A DNA stretch of 32,000 nucleotides, taken from assembly GCF_000175255.2 (NCBI RefSeq), contig NC_017262.1, positions 240,001 through 272,000 on the forward strand. Direction: 5' to 3'. The notes beneath the pieces were generated by a model. It did not search any database. It worked only from the letters and a program-made list of their open reading frames with translations, and was not told the origin of the DNA. Positions 22,751 through 32,000 of this stretch are shown piece after piece (the stretch's first letter is position 1; every line of letters starts with the position of its first letter). This stretch comes from Zymomonas mobilis subsp. mobilis ATCC 10988. Lineage in GTDB: Bacteria > Pseudomonadota > Alphaproteobacteria > Sphingomonadales > Sphingomonadaceae. Both the position numbers and the translations under genes were made by a program.

Positions 22751-23572
22751 CTATTTGTTTTTATTAGATTTTTCGTAATTTATTGCTGCAATCCATAAAT
22801 TTTCTTTTTCGGATAAGGGTAGGGGCGTGATATCGCCACCGGCAATTTCTTCCATTATTTTAAAGCGATTTTCGAATTTTTCATTCGATTTTTTAAGGGC
22901 TTGTTCGGCGTCGATACCATGATGTCTTGCAAAAGTCGTAACCGTAAAGAGAACATCACCGATTTCCTCAATCAGATTTTCACGATCGGTAGCATTATCA
23001 ACTTCGGCTAATTCTTCATCAATTTTTGCTCTTGGGCCTGCCGTATCTGACCAATCAAAACCGGTTCTAGCAGCACGTTCTTGTATTTTTTTTGCACGCG
23101 TCAAAGCCGGTAAAGCCTTAGCAATACCCACTAAGGCACCAGAATCACTAGATTTCTTTTCCGAGCGTTCTTTAGCCTTAATCTTTTCCCAATTATCCTT
23201 GATACGGGTCGGATCGATATCCGTATCATGATCTTGGAAAACATGCGGATGACGGCGGATCATTTTTTCACAGATAGCGGTGACGACATCATCAAAAGTG
23301 AACAGATCTTTTTCTGCGGCCATCTGAGAATGAAAAACGACCTGAAGAAGCAAATCGCCCAATTCGTTTTTGAGCTCATGCATATCTTGTTGTTCGATCG
23401 CATCAACAACTTCGTAGGCTTCTTCAATGGCATAAGGGGCAATGCTTAGAAAATTTTGCGCAGCATCCCATTCACAACCTTTAACCGGATCACGTAAGCG
23501 CGCCATAATTTGACGCAGCGTATCAATGGAAGAAAAATCAGATTTTTCTGATTTTGAAGCGTCTTTATCCAT
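22751..23572 (-). CDS. mazG: Nucleoside triphosphate pyrophosphohydrolase MazG (two-domain form)
   Basis: 273 aa with tandem MazG domains that carry EExxE/D-type motifs (AIEEAYEVVDAIE...ELGDLLLQVVFH; ELAEV...LIEEIGDVLFTV). Confidence 0.9.
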   Translation of the reverse strand: MDKDASKSEKSDFSSIDTLRQIMARLRDPVKGCEWDAAQNFLSIAPYAIEEAYEVVDAIEQQDMHELKNELGDLLLQVVFHSQMAAEKDLFTFDDVVTAICEKMIRRHPHVFQDHDTDIDPTRIKDNWEKIKAKERSEKKSSDSGALVGIAKALPALTRAKKIQERAARTGFDWSDTAGPRAKIDEELAEVDNATDRENLIEEIGDVLFTVTTFARHHGIDAEQALKKSNEKFENRFKIMEEIAGGDITPLPLSEKENLWIAAINYEKSNKNK

Positions 23573-23877
23573 AGAAGTGGCCTCTTACTGTAAGTCTGAT
23601 AATATATATTATGTTAAATAAAATCGATTTCCGCCCCAAGACACCCCTTAAAATCAGTCTCTCTTAATAGAATACGGCTCTTGCCTATCTGATCGCATTT
23701 TATCAATGGAGTCTCTTCCCTTGATGGATGTCCGACATTTTTCTTTCTAAAATTCTTTCCATCAATTCCAGAAATAGAAATATCTTCATGACATGGACTT
23801 TTCTGCGAAAGGAGCCTCGTGCAATAAAAGGGCAGATTATAAAGTAGAACCGCCAAATCTTTTTGTCAGAAGGCCGG

Positions 23878-23903
23878 AAAAAGGAATGGGGGTTTTACCC
23901 CCC
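23878..23903 (-). terminator. Putative terminator after the MBL-hydrolase gene (end of the long minus-strand operon)
   Basis: Hairpin ggggg-tttta-ccccc (23888-23902). The minus strand continues attccttttt. It lies about 20 nt after the stop at 23924. Confidence 0.5.
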
Positions 23904-23923
23904 TACCCGATTATTGATTTTAT

Positions 23924-24688
23924 CTAGATTTCTGTTGTCCAGCCATCATATCCGACTTCCATATAATGCGGCAGTTTCTGCGATAAAGTCGCATAATCCA
24001 TCGAATTATCCATATGGCATGTCACCGCCTTTTTGACCTGTAGCTTTTCAGCCCATTCCAAAATCATGGCCAGATGAGGATGGGATGGATGTGGCCTTTC
24101 CCGCAAGGTATCGACAATCCAAAGGTCGACGCCTTGATATAATTTAGCCATTTCATCCGTGATGTTGTTGAAATCAGTCGCATATCCGACACGGATATTT
24201 TTATGCCTAAAGCAAAAACCGGCACTGGTTATCCTCGCATGAGGCTGATCCGTTACCGAAATTTCAACATCACCTATAGTCAGATTATCAGGCAAGACAT
24301 TGGCTTCAACAGTCGGGCGATAATCACCATATCCATCAAAGACATAAGAAAAACGCTGTTTCAAACCCGATAAGGTTTCAGGCCGAGCAAAACCCGGAAT
24401 AGGTTCTCCTCGCCGATGAAAGATAGGACGCAAATCATCGATACCATGGCAGTGATCGGCATGATCATGCGTCCATAAAACCGCATCAAGAATTGAAATA
24501 TCGGCTCTCAAAAGCTGTGTTCGCATATCGGGAGAGGTATCAACCAAAATTTTGGTCTGATCCGTTTCTAGATATAAAGAAGCTCTTGTCCTGTTATTTT
24601 TAGGCTCATTCGGGTCACATGTTCCCCAGTTATTCCCGATTATAGGCACACCAGATGATGTGCCCGAACCGAGAAGACGGAGTTTCAT
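23924..24688 (-). CDS. MBL-fold metallo-hydrolase (PhnP-like / beta-lactamase superfamily II)
   Basis: 254 aa with the HxHxDH motif (WTHDHADHCHG). It overlaps the tatD stop by 4 nt. Confidence 0.85.
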   Translation of the reverse strand: MKLRLLGSGTSSGVPIIGNNWGTCDPNEPKNNRTRASLYLETDQTKILVDTSPDMRTQLLRADISILDAVLWTHDHADHCHGIDDLRPIFHRRGEPIPGFARPETLSGLKQRFSYVFDGYGDYRPTVEANVLPDNLTIGDVEISVTDQPHARITSAGFCFRHKNIRVGYATDFNNITDEMAKLYQGVDLWIVDTLRERPHPSHPHLAMILEWAEKLQVKKAVTCHMDNSMDYATLSQKLPHYMEVGYDGWTTEI

Positions 24689-25461
24689 AATTTCACCTTA
24701 TCAAATAATTTCAGGAAGTTACGGCTCGTCATATCTGTGAAGGCCTCATACTCCATGTCAAACATACGACTAAGGAAATGCGCCGTATCTGCGACAAAGG
24801 CGGGCTCTCCTTTTTTGCCACGATGCGGTACCGGAGCCAGAAATGGCGAATCCGTTTCAACCATCAAGTGATCCAAAGGCAAATCTTTCACCGTTTGGCG
24901 CAAATCTTCGGCATTTTTAAAGGTAATGATACCCGAAATAGAAATATAAAATCCCAGTTTCAGCATCCTTTCAGCCAAAGAACGACTTGCTGTAAAGCAA
25001 TGGATCAGCCCTTTAAACGGCGCTTTTGCCATTTCTTCTTCGATGATGCTGGCGGTGTCTTCTTCTGCGTCTCTTGTATGGACAATCAACGGCAAGCCCG
25101 TTTCGCGGGCAGCCATAATATGCTCACGGAAACTTGCTTTTTGTTGGTCAAAATCATTTTCGCCATAAAAATAATCCAACCCACTTTCACCGATCGCAAC
25201 AACCCGAGGATGGTCTGCTGCTTCGATCAATCTTTGGCTGGTCATATTTTCATGGGCAGCGGCTTCATTGGGATGAATACCAATGGCTGCCCAGACATCT
25301 TTTTCGCGTTCAGCGGTTGCGATAATCGGTTCCCATTCGGATTCCTTCGTCGCAACATTGACCATTCCGGTCACACCCGACTGCCGCGCGCGCTGTAAAA
25401 TCTCCGGCTGCTTTTCAAGCATACCAGGATAATTAAGATGACAATGGCTATCAATCAGCAT
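24685..25461 (-). CDS. tatD: TatD family metal-dependent hydrolase (DNase)
   Basis: 258 aa. It has MLIDSHCHL at the N-terminus, the GEsGLDY motif and conserved His/Asp ligands (IHCF, ETDSPFL). Confidence 0.9.
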   Translation of the reverse strand: MLIDSHCHLNYPGMLEKQPEILQRARQSGVTGMVNVATKESEWEPIIATAEREKDVWAAIGIHPNEAAAHENMTSQRLIEAADHPRVVAIGESGLDYFYGENDFDQQKASFREHIMAARETGLPLIVHTRDAEEDTASIIEEEMAKAPFKGLIHCFTASRSLAERMLKLGFYISISGIITFKNAEDLRQTVKDLPLDHLMVETDSPFLAPVPHRGKKGEPAFVADTAHFLSRMFDMEYEAFTDMTSRNFLKLFDKVKL

Positions 25462-27026
25462 CAGGCTTTATCCTTGGCTGCTTTTTCCGAATTATTTTTG
25501 TCATTCTCAACAAAACGTGGGAATACACCGACCGGTTTCGGGAGCGGTAACCCCGGAACTAATGGCGCAGATAAAGCACGGAAATCACGCTGATCAGCCC
25601 CCTGCCCTAATAAATCAAGCAAGGCATCACAGCTGGCAGGCATAGCCCAACGGCATAAAATAGCCAGCTGCCGTACCGCTTCAATTGTCCAATATAGAAT
25701 AGTATCGGCACGGACTGGGTCTGTTTTTCTGACCGTCCAAGGTGCCTGTTCCGAAATATAAAGATTGGCTTCACCAACTCCGCGCCAAATTGCATCCAAA
25801 GCCTGATTGGGGGCAACATTATTCATGGCCGTTGCGACCTGATGCGGAATACCCGCAATCTTTTCCATTAAAGCCTGATCTTCAGCGCGCGTATCTTCTG
25901 GGCTTGGCACTTTTGCGCCATTTTTGGTAATGATGGATAAAGAACGCTGTGCCAAATTACCGAAATCATTCGCTAGATCGGCATTAATTCGGTTTACAAT
26001 GGCTTCATGACTATAGCTGCCATCCTGACCAAAGGTTACTTCCCGCAGCAGAAAATAGCGAATTTGATCAACACCATAAAGCTTTGCCATGTCGATAGGA
26101 TCGACCACATTGCCGACCGATTTCGACATTTTTTCCCCTCTATTCAGGAGGAAACCATGTCCAAACACTTTTTTCGGTAAAGCAATATCGGCCGCCATCA
26201 GGAAAGCTGGCCAATAAACCGCGTGAAAACGGATAATATCCTTACCAATAACATGGATATCGGCTGGCCAGTAACGATCAAAACGTTCTTTGTTATCAGG
26301 ATAACCAGCACCCGTCAGATAGTTGGTTAAAGCATCAATCCAGACATACATGACATGTCCGGGAGAATCCGGAACAGGAATACCCCAATCAAAGCTGGTT
26401 CTGGAGATGGAAAGATCGGCTAAACCGGATTTAACGAAACTGATTACTTCATTCCGACGGGCTTCCGGCTGGATAAAATCAGGATGGGCTTCGTAATAGG
26501 CCAATAATTTGTCCTGAAAAGCGGACAGTCTGAAAAACCAGCTTTCTTCGACATTCCATTCAACAGGCGTCCCTTGCGGTGACAGTTTTTCGCCCTTGGA
26601 ATCGGTTACAAGCTCTTCTTCTTTATAAAAAGCCTCGTCACGGATAGAATACCAGCCTTCATAGCGTCCCAAATAGATATGACCCGCATCAGCCAAGGTC
26701 TTCCATAATGCCTGACTGGCTTTGTAATGTTCCGCTTCGGTAGTGCGAATAAAGCGGTCATAGGAGATATTGTAAACATCATCCATTGTCTTGAAATGGG
26801 AAGACATTTCATCTGCCAAGGCGATCGGTTCTATATCACGATTACGAGCTGTCTGTGCCATTTTGAGACCGTGTTCATCGGTTCCGGTCTGGAAATAGAC
26901 ATCATCCCCTGCCAAACGATGATAACGGGCAAGCGCATCCGATGCGATAGCTTCATAGGCATGGCCAATATGTGGCTTGCCGTTAGGATAACTGATAGCC
27001 GTCGTAATATAAAAAGATTGAGACAT
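25461..27026 (-). CDS. metG: Methionine--tRNA ligase (short form without C-terminal tRNA-binding domain)
   Basis: It has the class I HIGH motif (PNGKPHIGHAYE) and the KMSKS motif (GEKMSKSVGN). I prefer the ATG at 27026 (MSQSFYITT...). The ORF track's TTG at 27041 is an alternative. Confidence 0.92.
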   Translation of the reverse strand: MSQSFYITTAISYPNGKPHIGHAYEAIASDALARYHRLAGDDVYFQTGTDEHGLKMAQTARNRDIEPIALADEMSSHFKTMDDVYNISYDRFIRTTEAEHYKASQALWKTLADAGHIYLGRYEGWYSIRDEAFYKEEELVTDSKGEKLSPQGTPVEWNVEESWFFRLSAFQDKLLAYYEAHPDFIQPEARRNEVISFVKSGLADLSISRTSFDWGIPVPDSPGHVMYVWIDALTNYLTGAGYPDNKERFDRYWPADIHVIGKDIIRFHAVYWPAFLMAADIALPKKVFGHGFLLNRGEKMSKSVGNVVDPIDMAKLYGVDQIRYFLLREVTFGQDGSYSHEAIVNRINADLANDFGNLAQRSLSIITKNGAKVPSPEDTRAEDQALMEKIAGIPHQVATAMNNVAPNQALDAIWRGVGEANLYISEQAPWTVRKTDPVRADTILYWTIEAVRQLAILCRWAMPASCDALLDLLGQGADQRDFRALSAPLVPGLPLPKPVGVFPRFVENDKNNSEKAAKDKA

Positions 27027-27043
27027 CTTAAACTTTACCAAAT

Positions 27044-28036
27044 CTATATGTGTGTTGGGGCTAATCTGGCAAGAAATCCGGCCAGAGTGAAGACGGTTGC
27101 CTGTGGATCAAGAGAAAATAACACAGCTTCATTGCCAAGCTGGCGGGCTTTTTCCCATAAATGAATAGCTTGTGCCAGTTTTTCTCCTTTCAAAGAACGG
27201 GCTTCGGCTGAAATTCGCGAGGGTGCTCGCTCCAGAAAAGCCTCGTAGCGGCCTTGTGCCGACTTTAGAGACAGACTTTGTGCCAGCTTGCTCCGCAATA
27301 GGAAATCCCTATCGCCTGTTTTGACAATATTTTCTATGGCATTATCCAGTTCAGCCATATCCAGACCGGCAAATCTTAAACCATATCCCGCTGCCCCTTG
27401 ACTAATTTTGACCAAACTAGCCAATTCTTCTGCCGTAATGTCAGGAAGATGATGTCTTAAAATCTGTGCAACAAGGTTATCCTCTAATAGATGAAAGGAT
27501 AAAATGCGACATCGCGACCGGATAGTAGGCAAAAGACGGCCTGCCGCATGGCTAATCAGAAAAAATATCGTGCCGGCAGGGGGCTCTTCAAGATTTTTCA
27601 ATAGGGCGTTGGCCGCCGACCTTTCGAGATCATCAATGGAATCAATAATAACAACACGCCGGAAGGATAAGGCAGGTGTTGTTGCAAACAGTTTTTGAAT
27701 AGTTCTGACTTGATCAACCGTGATATTACGAGCGCGTTCCTGTTCTTTGCTGTCCCGAAATAGTCTTTCCAGTCGCAACAAATCAGGATGACTACCCGCC
27801 TTTATCAAAGACAAGGTCGGGTTACCTTCCGGTATATCCAAAGAATCCGAAGCTGTATTCTTTCGGATATCTGGATTAACCGCATTAGCTAACAGCCACG
27901 CCGCCGCCCTGTCTGCAAAAAGCCGTTTTCCGAGACCCTTTGCCCCCGTTAAAAGCCAAGCATGATGCAGTCGTCCACTATCTTCTGCATGACGAAAAGC
28001 CTTTATTGCCGTATCGTGACCTAATAATTGAGACAT
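27044..28036 (-). CDS. holB: DNA polymerase III subunit delta'
   Basis: 330 aa with an AAA+ clamp-loader fold: HAWLLTGAKGLGKRLFA (P-loop-like), the SRC motif (TIRSRCRIL) and LLKNLEEPP. Confidence 0.88.
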   Translation of the reverse strand: MSQLLGHDTAIKAFRHAEDSGRLHHAWLLTGAKGLGKRLFADRAAAWLLANAVNPDIRKNTASDSLDIPEGNPTLSLIKAGSHPDLLRLERLFRDSKEQERARNITVDQVRTIQKLFATTPALSFRRVVIIDSIDDLERSAANALLKNLEEPPAGTIFFLISHAAGRLLPTIRSRCRILSFHLLEDNLVAQILRHHLPDITAEELASLVKISQGAAGYGLRFAGLDMAELDNAIENIVKTGDRDFLLRSKLAQSLSLKSAQGRYEAFLERAPSRISAEARSLKGEKLAQAIHLWEKARQLGNEAVLFSLDPQATVFTLAGFLARLAPTHI

Positions 28037-28668
28037 CAGGGCAATAAATCATCCAAAGCATCGAGAAGATGACGATGCACCTCTTCAGGGTTACCGCTTG
28101 CATCAATGACCCGAAAGCGTTCCGGTTCTTTCGCCGCTAACTGTAAAAAGCTATCATTTACCTTTTTATGGTAATCGATCGTCCGCTGTTCGAAACGATT
28201 TCCTTTATTCTTATCACGCTCTTGTGCGCGGCGTATCCCCTCGCCTTCTGGCAAGGTTAAAAGGAAGGTGCGATCAGGTAAAATACCTTGACTACCGATG
28301 CGATGAAGACAACGGATATCTTCTTGGGTTAGGCCGCCGGTATCGCCTTGATAAGCCAAAGAGCTATCAATAAATCGGTCGCAAACAACCCATTTACCCT
28401 CTTTTAAGGCTGGTTTTATCACACGAGCAACATGTTCAGCTCGCGCTGCGGCGAATAAGAGCGCTTCGGTTGCATTCGTCCAACGATGCAGATCGCCTTC
28501 CAGCAAAAGATGGCGGATCGCGTCGCCACCCGAACACCCGCCGGGTTCTCTGGTGGCGATAACAGACTTTTGAAGCTTTTCTTCGAGAGCGGCTACCAAA
28601 AGGCGAATCTGGGTCGATTTGCCGACTCCTTCTCCGCCTTCCAGACTGATAAAATATCCGTGTGTCAC
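28036..28668 (-). CDS. tmk: dTMP (thymidylate) kinase
   Basis: P-loop FISLEGGEGVGKSTQ and the DRFxDS motif (CDRFIDSSLAYQG). I prefer the GTG at 28668, which forms a GTGA overlap with the dacC stop. The track's GTG at 28686 is an alternative. The stop overlaps the holB ATG by 1 nt. Confidence 0.9.
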   Translation of the reverse strand: MTHGYFISLEGGEGVGKSTQIRLLVAALEEKLQKSVIATREPGGCSGGDAIRHLLLEGDLHRWTNATEALLFAAARAEHVARVIKPALKEGKWVVCDRFIDSSLAYQGDTGGLTQEDIRCLHRIGSQGILPDRTFLLTLPEGEGIRRAQERDKNKGNRFEQRTIDYHKKVNDSFLQLAAKEPERFRVIDASGNPEEVHRHLLDALDDLLP

Positions 28669-29843
28669 AATCGCCCCAGAATCCACCTTATACCTTCACC
28701 AATACGGCCAAAAAATCCGGCTTTTTCTACGGTTTTTTCAGCCACCAAAGGTGTAACCTGTGGCGGTGTGTCAGATGTTAAGACAACCAGATCGGCAATA
28801 TGCTGACCTTGGGCAATCGGTGCCTTGATAGGGCCTTGATAAACGACTTTGACCTTCATTTGGTCAGAAGCCGTAATCGGCAAGGTCACTGCCAAATCCC
28901 GTGGTGCAACCAAACCGACAGTAGAAGAACTACCGCCCTGCACTTCGGCTGTCTGGACACGAACACCTTTTCTGACAACAGGCTTGGATTTCCAAGCTCT
29001 AAAGCCCCAATTCATAAAGGCAATTGACTGTTCCCGACGGGCTGCATTGGAAGGCAAACCCGCCATAACCATAACCAGCCGCCGTCCCCGTTGTTCAGCG
29101 GATCCGGTAAAGCCATATCCGGCTTCATCGGTATGTCCAGTTTTCAAACCATCAGCACCGTCAATAACGCCCAATAACGGATCGCGATTGGATTGGGTGA
29201 TATCTTTCCCCGATCCCATGGTTTTACCCCATGTAAATTCACGTTGACCATAGAATTGGCGATAAAGATCAGGAAAATCACGAATAGTGGCTTCGGCCAA
29301 TGTCTCAAGATCATGAGCCGTAACATAGGTTGCGCCGCCGTCCGGCCAACCATTGGCTGTGCCAAAATGAGAATTAGTGAGACCAATTTTTTGTGCTTTT
29401 TCATTCATCAAAGCAACAAAGGCTTGTTCTGTTCCCGCAATACCTTCGGATAAAACAACACAGGCATCATTACCGGATAATGTAACAATACCATGCAAAA
29501 GATTGGCTGCACTTACCTGTTCATTCGGTGACAGGAACATCGTTGAACCTGCCGAAGGGCCATGCCATTTTTTCCATGTTTCCGGCTGAACCGTGATCGG
29601 CTGATCCAGTTTAAGCTGCCCTTTTTTGATAAGATCAAAGGCAACATAGACAGTCATCATCTTGGCCATAGATGCGGGTGGCATTCGACGGTCAGCATCT
29701 TTTGCATAAAGCACCGCGCCTGAAGAAAGGTCTTTCATATAGGCGATAGGGGCAATTGTCTCAAAAGGTGGAGCAGCCGCATAGCTGGCCGCCGCCGTAA
29801 AGCAGAGGGCAGCAGAGGCAGAAAAGAATAGAACTGGCTTCAT
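28665..29843 (-). CDS. dacC: D-alanyl-D-alanine carboxypeptidase (PBP5/6 family, peptidase S11)
   Basis: It has SxxK (PASMAKMMT), SGN (LSGND) and KTG (LKTGHT) motifs plus a C-terminal PBP5_C-like domain. The signal peptide runs from the ATG at 29843 (MKPVLFFSASAALCFTAAASYA|A). The track start at 29873 is less likely. Confidence 0.88.
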   Translation of the reverse strand: MKPVLFFSASAALCFTAAASYAAAPPFETIAPIAYMKDLSSGAVLYAKDADRRMPPASMAKMMTVYVAFDLIKKGQLKLDQPITVQPETWKKWHGPSAGSTMFLSPNEQVSAANLLHGIVTLSGNDACVVLSEGIAGTEQAFVALMNEKAQKIGLTNSHFGTANGWPDGGATYVTAHDLETLAEATIRDFPDLYRQFYGQREFTWGKTMGSGKDITQSNRDPLLGVIDGADGLKTGHTDEAGYGFTGSAEQRGRRLVMVMAGLPSNAARREQSIAFMNWGFRAWKSKPVVRKGVRVQTAEVQGGSSSTVGLVAPRDLAVTLPITASDQMKVKVVYQGPIKAPIAQGQHIADLVVLTSDTPPQVTPLVAEKTVEKAGFFGRIGEGIRWILGRL

Positions 29844-29918
29844 TGAATCACCGATATAGTAAGGCATGGTCACAAAGAATATTCATCTTGATAAACTTGT
29901 AGCCATGAATAACAATAG

Positions 29919-30392
29919 TTAAAGACGTTTGACGCGAACCTTCGCGGTGCCTTTCTTTTCAATGCCCAAAGCGCGTGCAGCTCCCCTTGACAGGTCGATA
30001 ATTCTCCCTTGCACAAAAGGCCCTCGATCATTCACGCGCACAACCAATCGGCGTCCGGTTTCAAGATTGGTAACCTCGACATAACAAGGAAGCGGTAAGG
30101 TTTTATGTGCCGCACTAATGGCATTAGGTGAAAATTTTTCTCCGATAGCCGTTGGATGTCCAGCAAAATCATCTCCATACCACGAGGCATAACCCACTTC
30201 GTTATAAGAAGGATCATCCTTGGGGACATAAGTCACGCCGCCGACCGTATAAGGCCGACTGGTTGCCGGACTACGGGGCGCGTGATTATGACTATAGTGA
30301 TGTGTTTGAGGGCCTGCACAAGCCGCTACAAACAAAGGTAAAAGAACCGTCCACGGTCGGAAAGAAAAACGAAATTTAGTCTGTGATTGCAT
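29919..30392 (-). CDS. rlpA: Septal ring lytic transglycosylase RlpA-family lipoprotein (DPBB domain, no SPOR domain)
   Basis: Lipobox LFVAAC follows MQSQTKFRFSFRPWTVLLP (ATG at 30392). The DPBB region is GYASWYGDDFAGHPTA.GE.F...AAHKTLPLPCYVEVTNLETGRRLVVRVNDRGPF. It overlaps the upstream gene's 3' end by 17 nt. Confidence 0.85.
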   Translation of the reverse strand: MQSQTKFRFSFRPWTVLLPLFVAACAGPQTHHYSHNHAPRSPATSRPYTVGGVTYVPKDDPSYNEVGYASWYGDDFAGHPTAIGEKFSPNAISAAHKTLPLPCYVEVTNLETGRRLVVRVNDRGPFVQGRIIDLSRGAARALGIEKKGTAKVRVKRL

Positions 30393-31461
30393 CAGCCAGT
30401 AACCCCACAGATAAAGCATAAAAATTGGAACAGTTATAATCCAGAATAGCGCGATAATTGGCAGAAACCAGCCATGCGGTTGCCCCTGCCCCGTCCGGTT
30501 CTATTAAAGCCATCGATTCATTTTCTGAAGGCATATGACTTCCCATAAAAACAAGACCCAGCTTTCGCCATTCGGATACTGGCTGCCAACGACTTAACCT
30601 TGCATAAACACGAGGGCATTTTTGGGAAGGCGTTACAGATTGAATAAGGTTTCGGTCAAGGCTGTCTGGCACCTTCACAGCAATCCCCCAAGGGACATTG
30701 GGCTGCCAACCGGCCGTTTTTAGATAATTACCAATAGAGGCTAAGGCATCAATTTCACTCGACCAGATATTTTTTTTACCATCATGATCGCCATCAACGG
30801 CAACCCGCAAATAAACACTCGGTAAAAATTGCGGAGATCCCGTTGCACCCGCCCAGCTTCCTTTTAAAAGGCTACGATCGATACCGGAATCAAGGATTTT
30901 TAGAGCTGCGATATATTCCTGAACAAAAAGATCACGCCGCCGCCCGTCATAAGCCAGAGTTGCAAGAGACCGTAAAAGATCAAAATTCCCCGAAAATTGA
31001 CCATAGCCACTTTCATGACCATAGATTGACAGCATAATCCCTGCGGGAACGCCGGTTTCTTTTTCAATTTCGGCTAAGTTATTTTGTAAAGCCTGATATT
31101 TTTTCCGGCCATTAGCAATTCTTACCGCATCAACATGACTCGCGGCATAGGGCGCAAAGGGCGGTATAACCGCATTAGCCGTTGGTGATTCCGGTTGATT
31201 GCGATCCAGTTGGATAACGCGGGGATTGGGGGTTAAATCCGAAGCAATACGGTCAAAGGTTTGCGGATTGACTCCGCTCGCCAAAGCTTGAGGCCGAATA
31301 GAAGCCAAGAAATTCCGAAAATCTCTATTGGCTTCCTGATTATTGAGATCGGCAGCTGTCTTTTCCTGCATAGGCACAGGCATATCAGATGATGATTGCG
31401 ATAATGCCGGAAACGTCATCCCGCTCAAGAAAATAGCTGTTATCAGGGGGTATAAACGCAT
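30376..31461 (-). CDS. Lytic murein transglycosylase (MltB/Slt35-like family)
   Basis: 361 aa with the signal peptide MRLYPLITAIFLSGMTFPALSQ. The catalytic-region motifs are typical of the family (SIYGHESGYGQF...; GSWAGATGSPQFLPS). Confidence 0.8.
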   Translation of the reverse strand: MRLYPLITAIFLSGMTFPALSQSSSDMPVPMQEKTAADLNNQEANRDFRNFLASIRPQALASGVNPQTFDRIASDLTPNPRVIQLDRNQPESPTANAVIPPFAPYAASHVDAVRIANGRKKYQALQNNLAEIEKETGVPAGIMLSIYGHESGYGQFSGNFDLLRSLATLAYDGRRRDLFVQEYIAALKILDSGIDRSLLKGSWAGATGSPQFLPSVYLRVAVDGDHDGKKNIWSSEIDALASIGNYLKTAGWQPNVPWGIAVKVPDSLDRNLIQSVTPSQKCPRVYARLSRWQPVSEWRKLGLVFMGSHMPSENESMALIEPDGAGATAWLVSANYRAILDYNCSNFYALSVGLLADAITD

Positions 31462-31539
31462 CCTTGCCCAATCCTCATAAAAAAATGATAGAGTATTCTA
31501 TACTATTTTTCAGGAATTGGGATGATAGCAATAAAAGAT

Positions 31540-32000
31540 TTAGCGGTTATGCGGTCTTTCTTTCGCAGCAATTTCGGAAAGAGCCAATAAAGCTGAAGAA
31601 TAATAATCATCCTGATCGGCAATTTTCGCGGTAATGGGTTTATTCATTGCCAGATCAAGAATAGCCATACCTCCTTTTGATAAAGGATAAGGCGCAATAG
31701 CTTGGCTATTCACATCGACCCATGCCGGAACGGGCTGATTATGGGAAAGATAGCTATTCCAATAAATAGCAAAGGGAGCTGCCAAGGCATCTTCTCCCCC
31801 CCAAATCAGATAGAGCGGGATTCTAACGGCATCAAAACCGAAATAAGGTTGCTTGTCGGCGGCGGGTTCAAGATTGCCGTTATTTTTGAAAGCGACCCAA
31901 TCAGTGGGCAACTGTGGCAAACCGAATTTAGCCTTTGCCAATAATTTTTTCCCGCTTTCAATAACATTATGCCAAGCCCCGTTATCAGCCTCATTAAAGG
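31540..32000 (-). CDS. Glycoside hydrolase family 8 endoglucanase (BcsZ/CelA-like), C-terminal part; 5' end beyond right window edge
   Basis: The reading frame stays open to position 32000 (…FNEADNGAWHNVIESGKKLLAKAKFGLPQLPTDWVAF…). The C-terminal region YFGFDAVRIPLYLIWGG resembles the GH8 cellulases associated with cellulose synthase operons. Confidence 0.7.
   Translation of the reverse strand, partial: FNEADNGAWHNVIESGKKLLAKAKFGLPQLPTDWVAFKNNGNLEPAADKQPYFGFDAVRIPLYLIWGGEDALAAPFAIYWNSYLSHNQPVPAWVDVNSQAIAPYPLSKGGMAILDLAMNKPITAKIADQDDYYSSALLALSEIAAKERPHNR

Noticed and set aside
23614-23856. 80-aa minus-strand ORF (TTG start) in the 350-bp region upstream of mazG
   Set aside because: It has a non-ATG start, no SD and no recognisable domain, and its composition is odd. 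The region is more simply the mazG promoter and leader. It cannot be excluded without expression data.
4064-23923. CtrA boxes (TTAA-N7-TTAA) in intergenic regions, looked for because of the divL call
   Set aside because: Only partial matches were seen by eye, for example ttaacaaaatttcaa in the 4064-4426 region (about 4170-4185) and a TTAA-N12-TTAA upstream of mazG. No full consensus site was found.
24778-25398. 206-aa ORF antisense to tatD. Similar long shadow ORFs lie at 20102-20629 (antisense to rnr), 14550-15080 (antisense to addB), 10200-10655 (antisense to divL) and 26727-27164 (antisense to metG/holB).
   Set aside because: Each lies fully inside a well-supported gene on the opposite strand. 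The translations are Arg/Ser/Cys-rich low-complexity sequence with no recognisable motifs. These are typical shadow ORFs.
1-32000. Search for CRISPR arrays, IS elements/transposases, integrases, prophage genes, or defence/toxin systems
   Set aside because: I found none. Every ORF over 100 aa that is not a shadow ORF is a recognisable housekeeping or envelope gene, or the secreted TPR-like protein. No direct repeat of the tRNA 3' end was seen. No repeat-spacer periodicity was seen.

Overview
This window looks like ordinary core chromosome from a low-GC alphaproteobacterium. From gene content and order it is probably a sphingomonad such as Zymomonas, but that is inference from memory and no search was possible. 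I found no mobile elements, CRISPR arrays, integrases, defence-type genes or pseudogenes, so I cannot support the presence of a novel multi-gene system here.

Genes run in this order:
- a partial UdgX-like uracil-DNA glycosylase, which is missing from the ORF track
- type II NADH dehydrogenase, septation protein YciB, a CynX-like MFS transporter, a secreted TPR-like protein and an Lrp/AsnC regulator
- a large histidine-kinase-like protein with a degenerate ATPase domain, then a tRNA(CAT), then a DivL-type kinase with Tyr in place of the phospho-accepting His
- the conserved tsaE / murU-like / addB / addA / trxA block, then RNase R
- on the minus strand, mazG and a tightly coupled mltB-like / rlpA / dacC / tmk / holB / metG / tatD / MBL-hydrolase operon
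- a partial GH8 endoglucanase

The most noteworthy observations are modest:
- two adjacent non-canonical histidine kinases flank the tRNA
- the glycosylase carries the UdgX ERRIH loop
- the murU-like gene has no adjacent amgK
- a 440-bp AT-rich gap between convergent genes holds tandem terminators and two antisense-overlapping mini-ORFs
- several leader inverted repeats overlap start codons
- a G8 homopolymer sits inside lrp

All coordinates and motifs were read by eye from the sequence.
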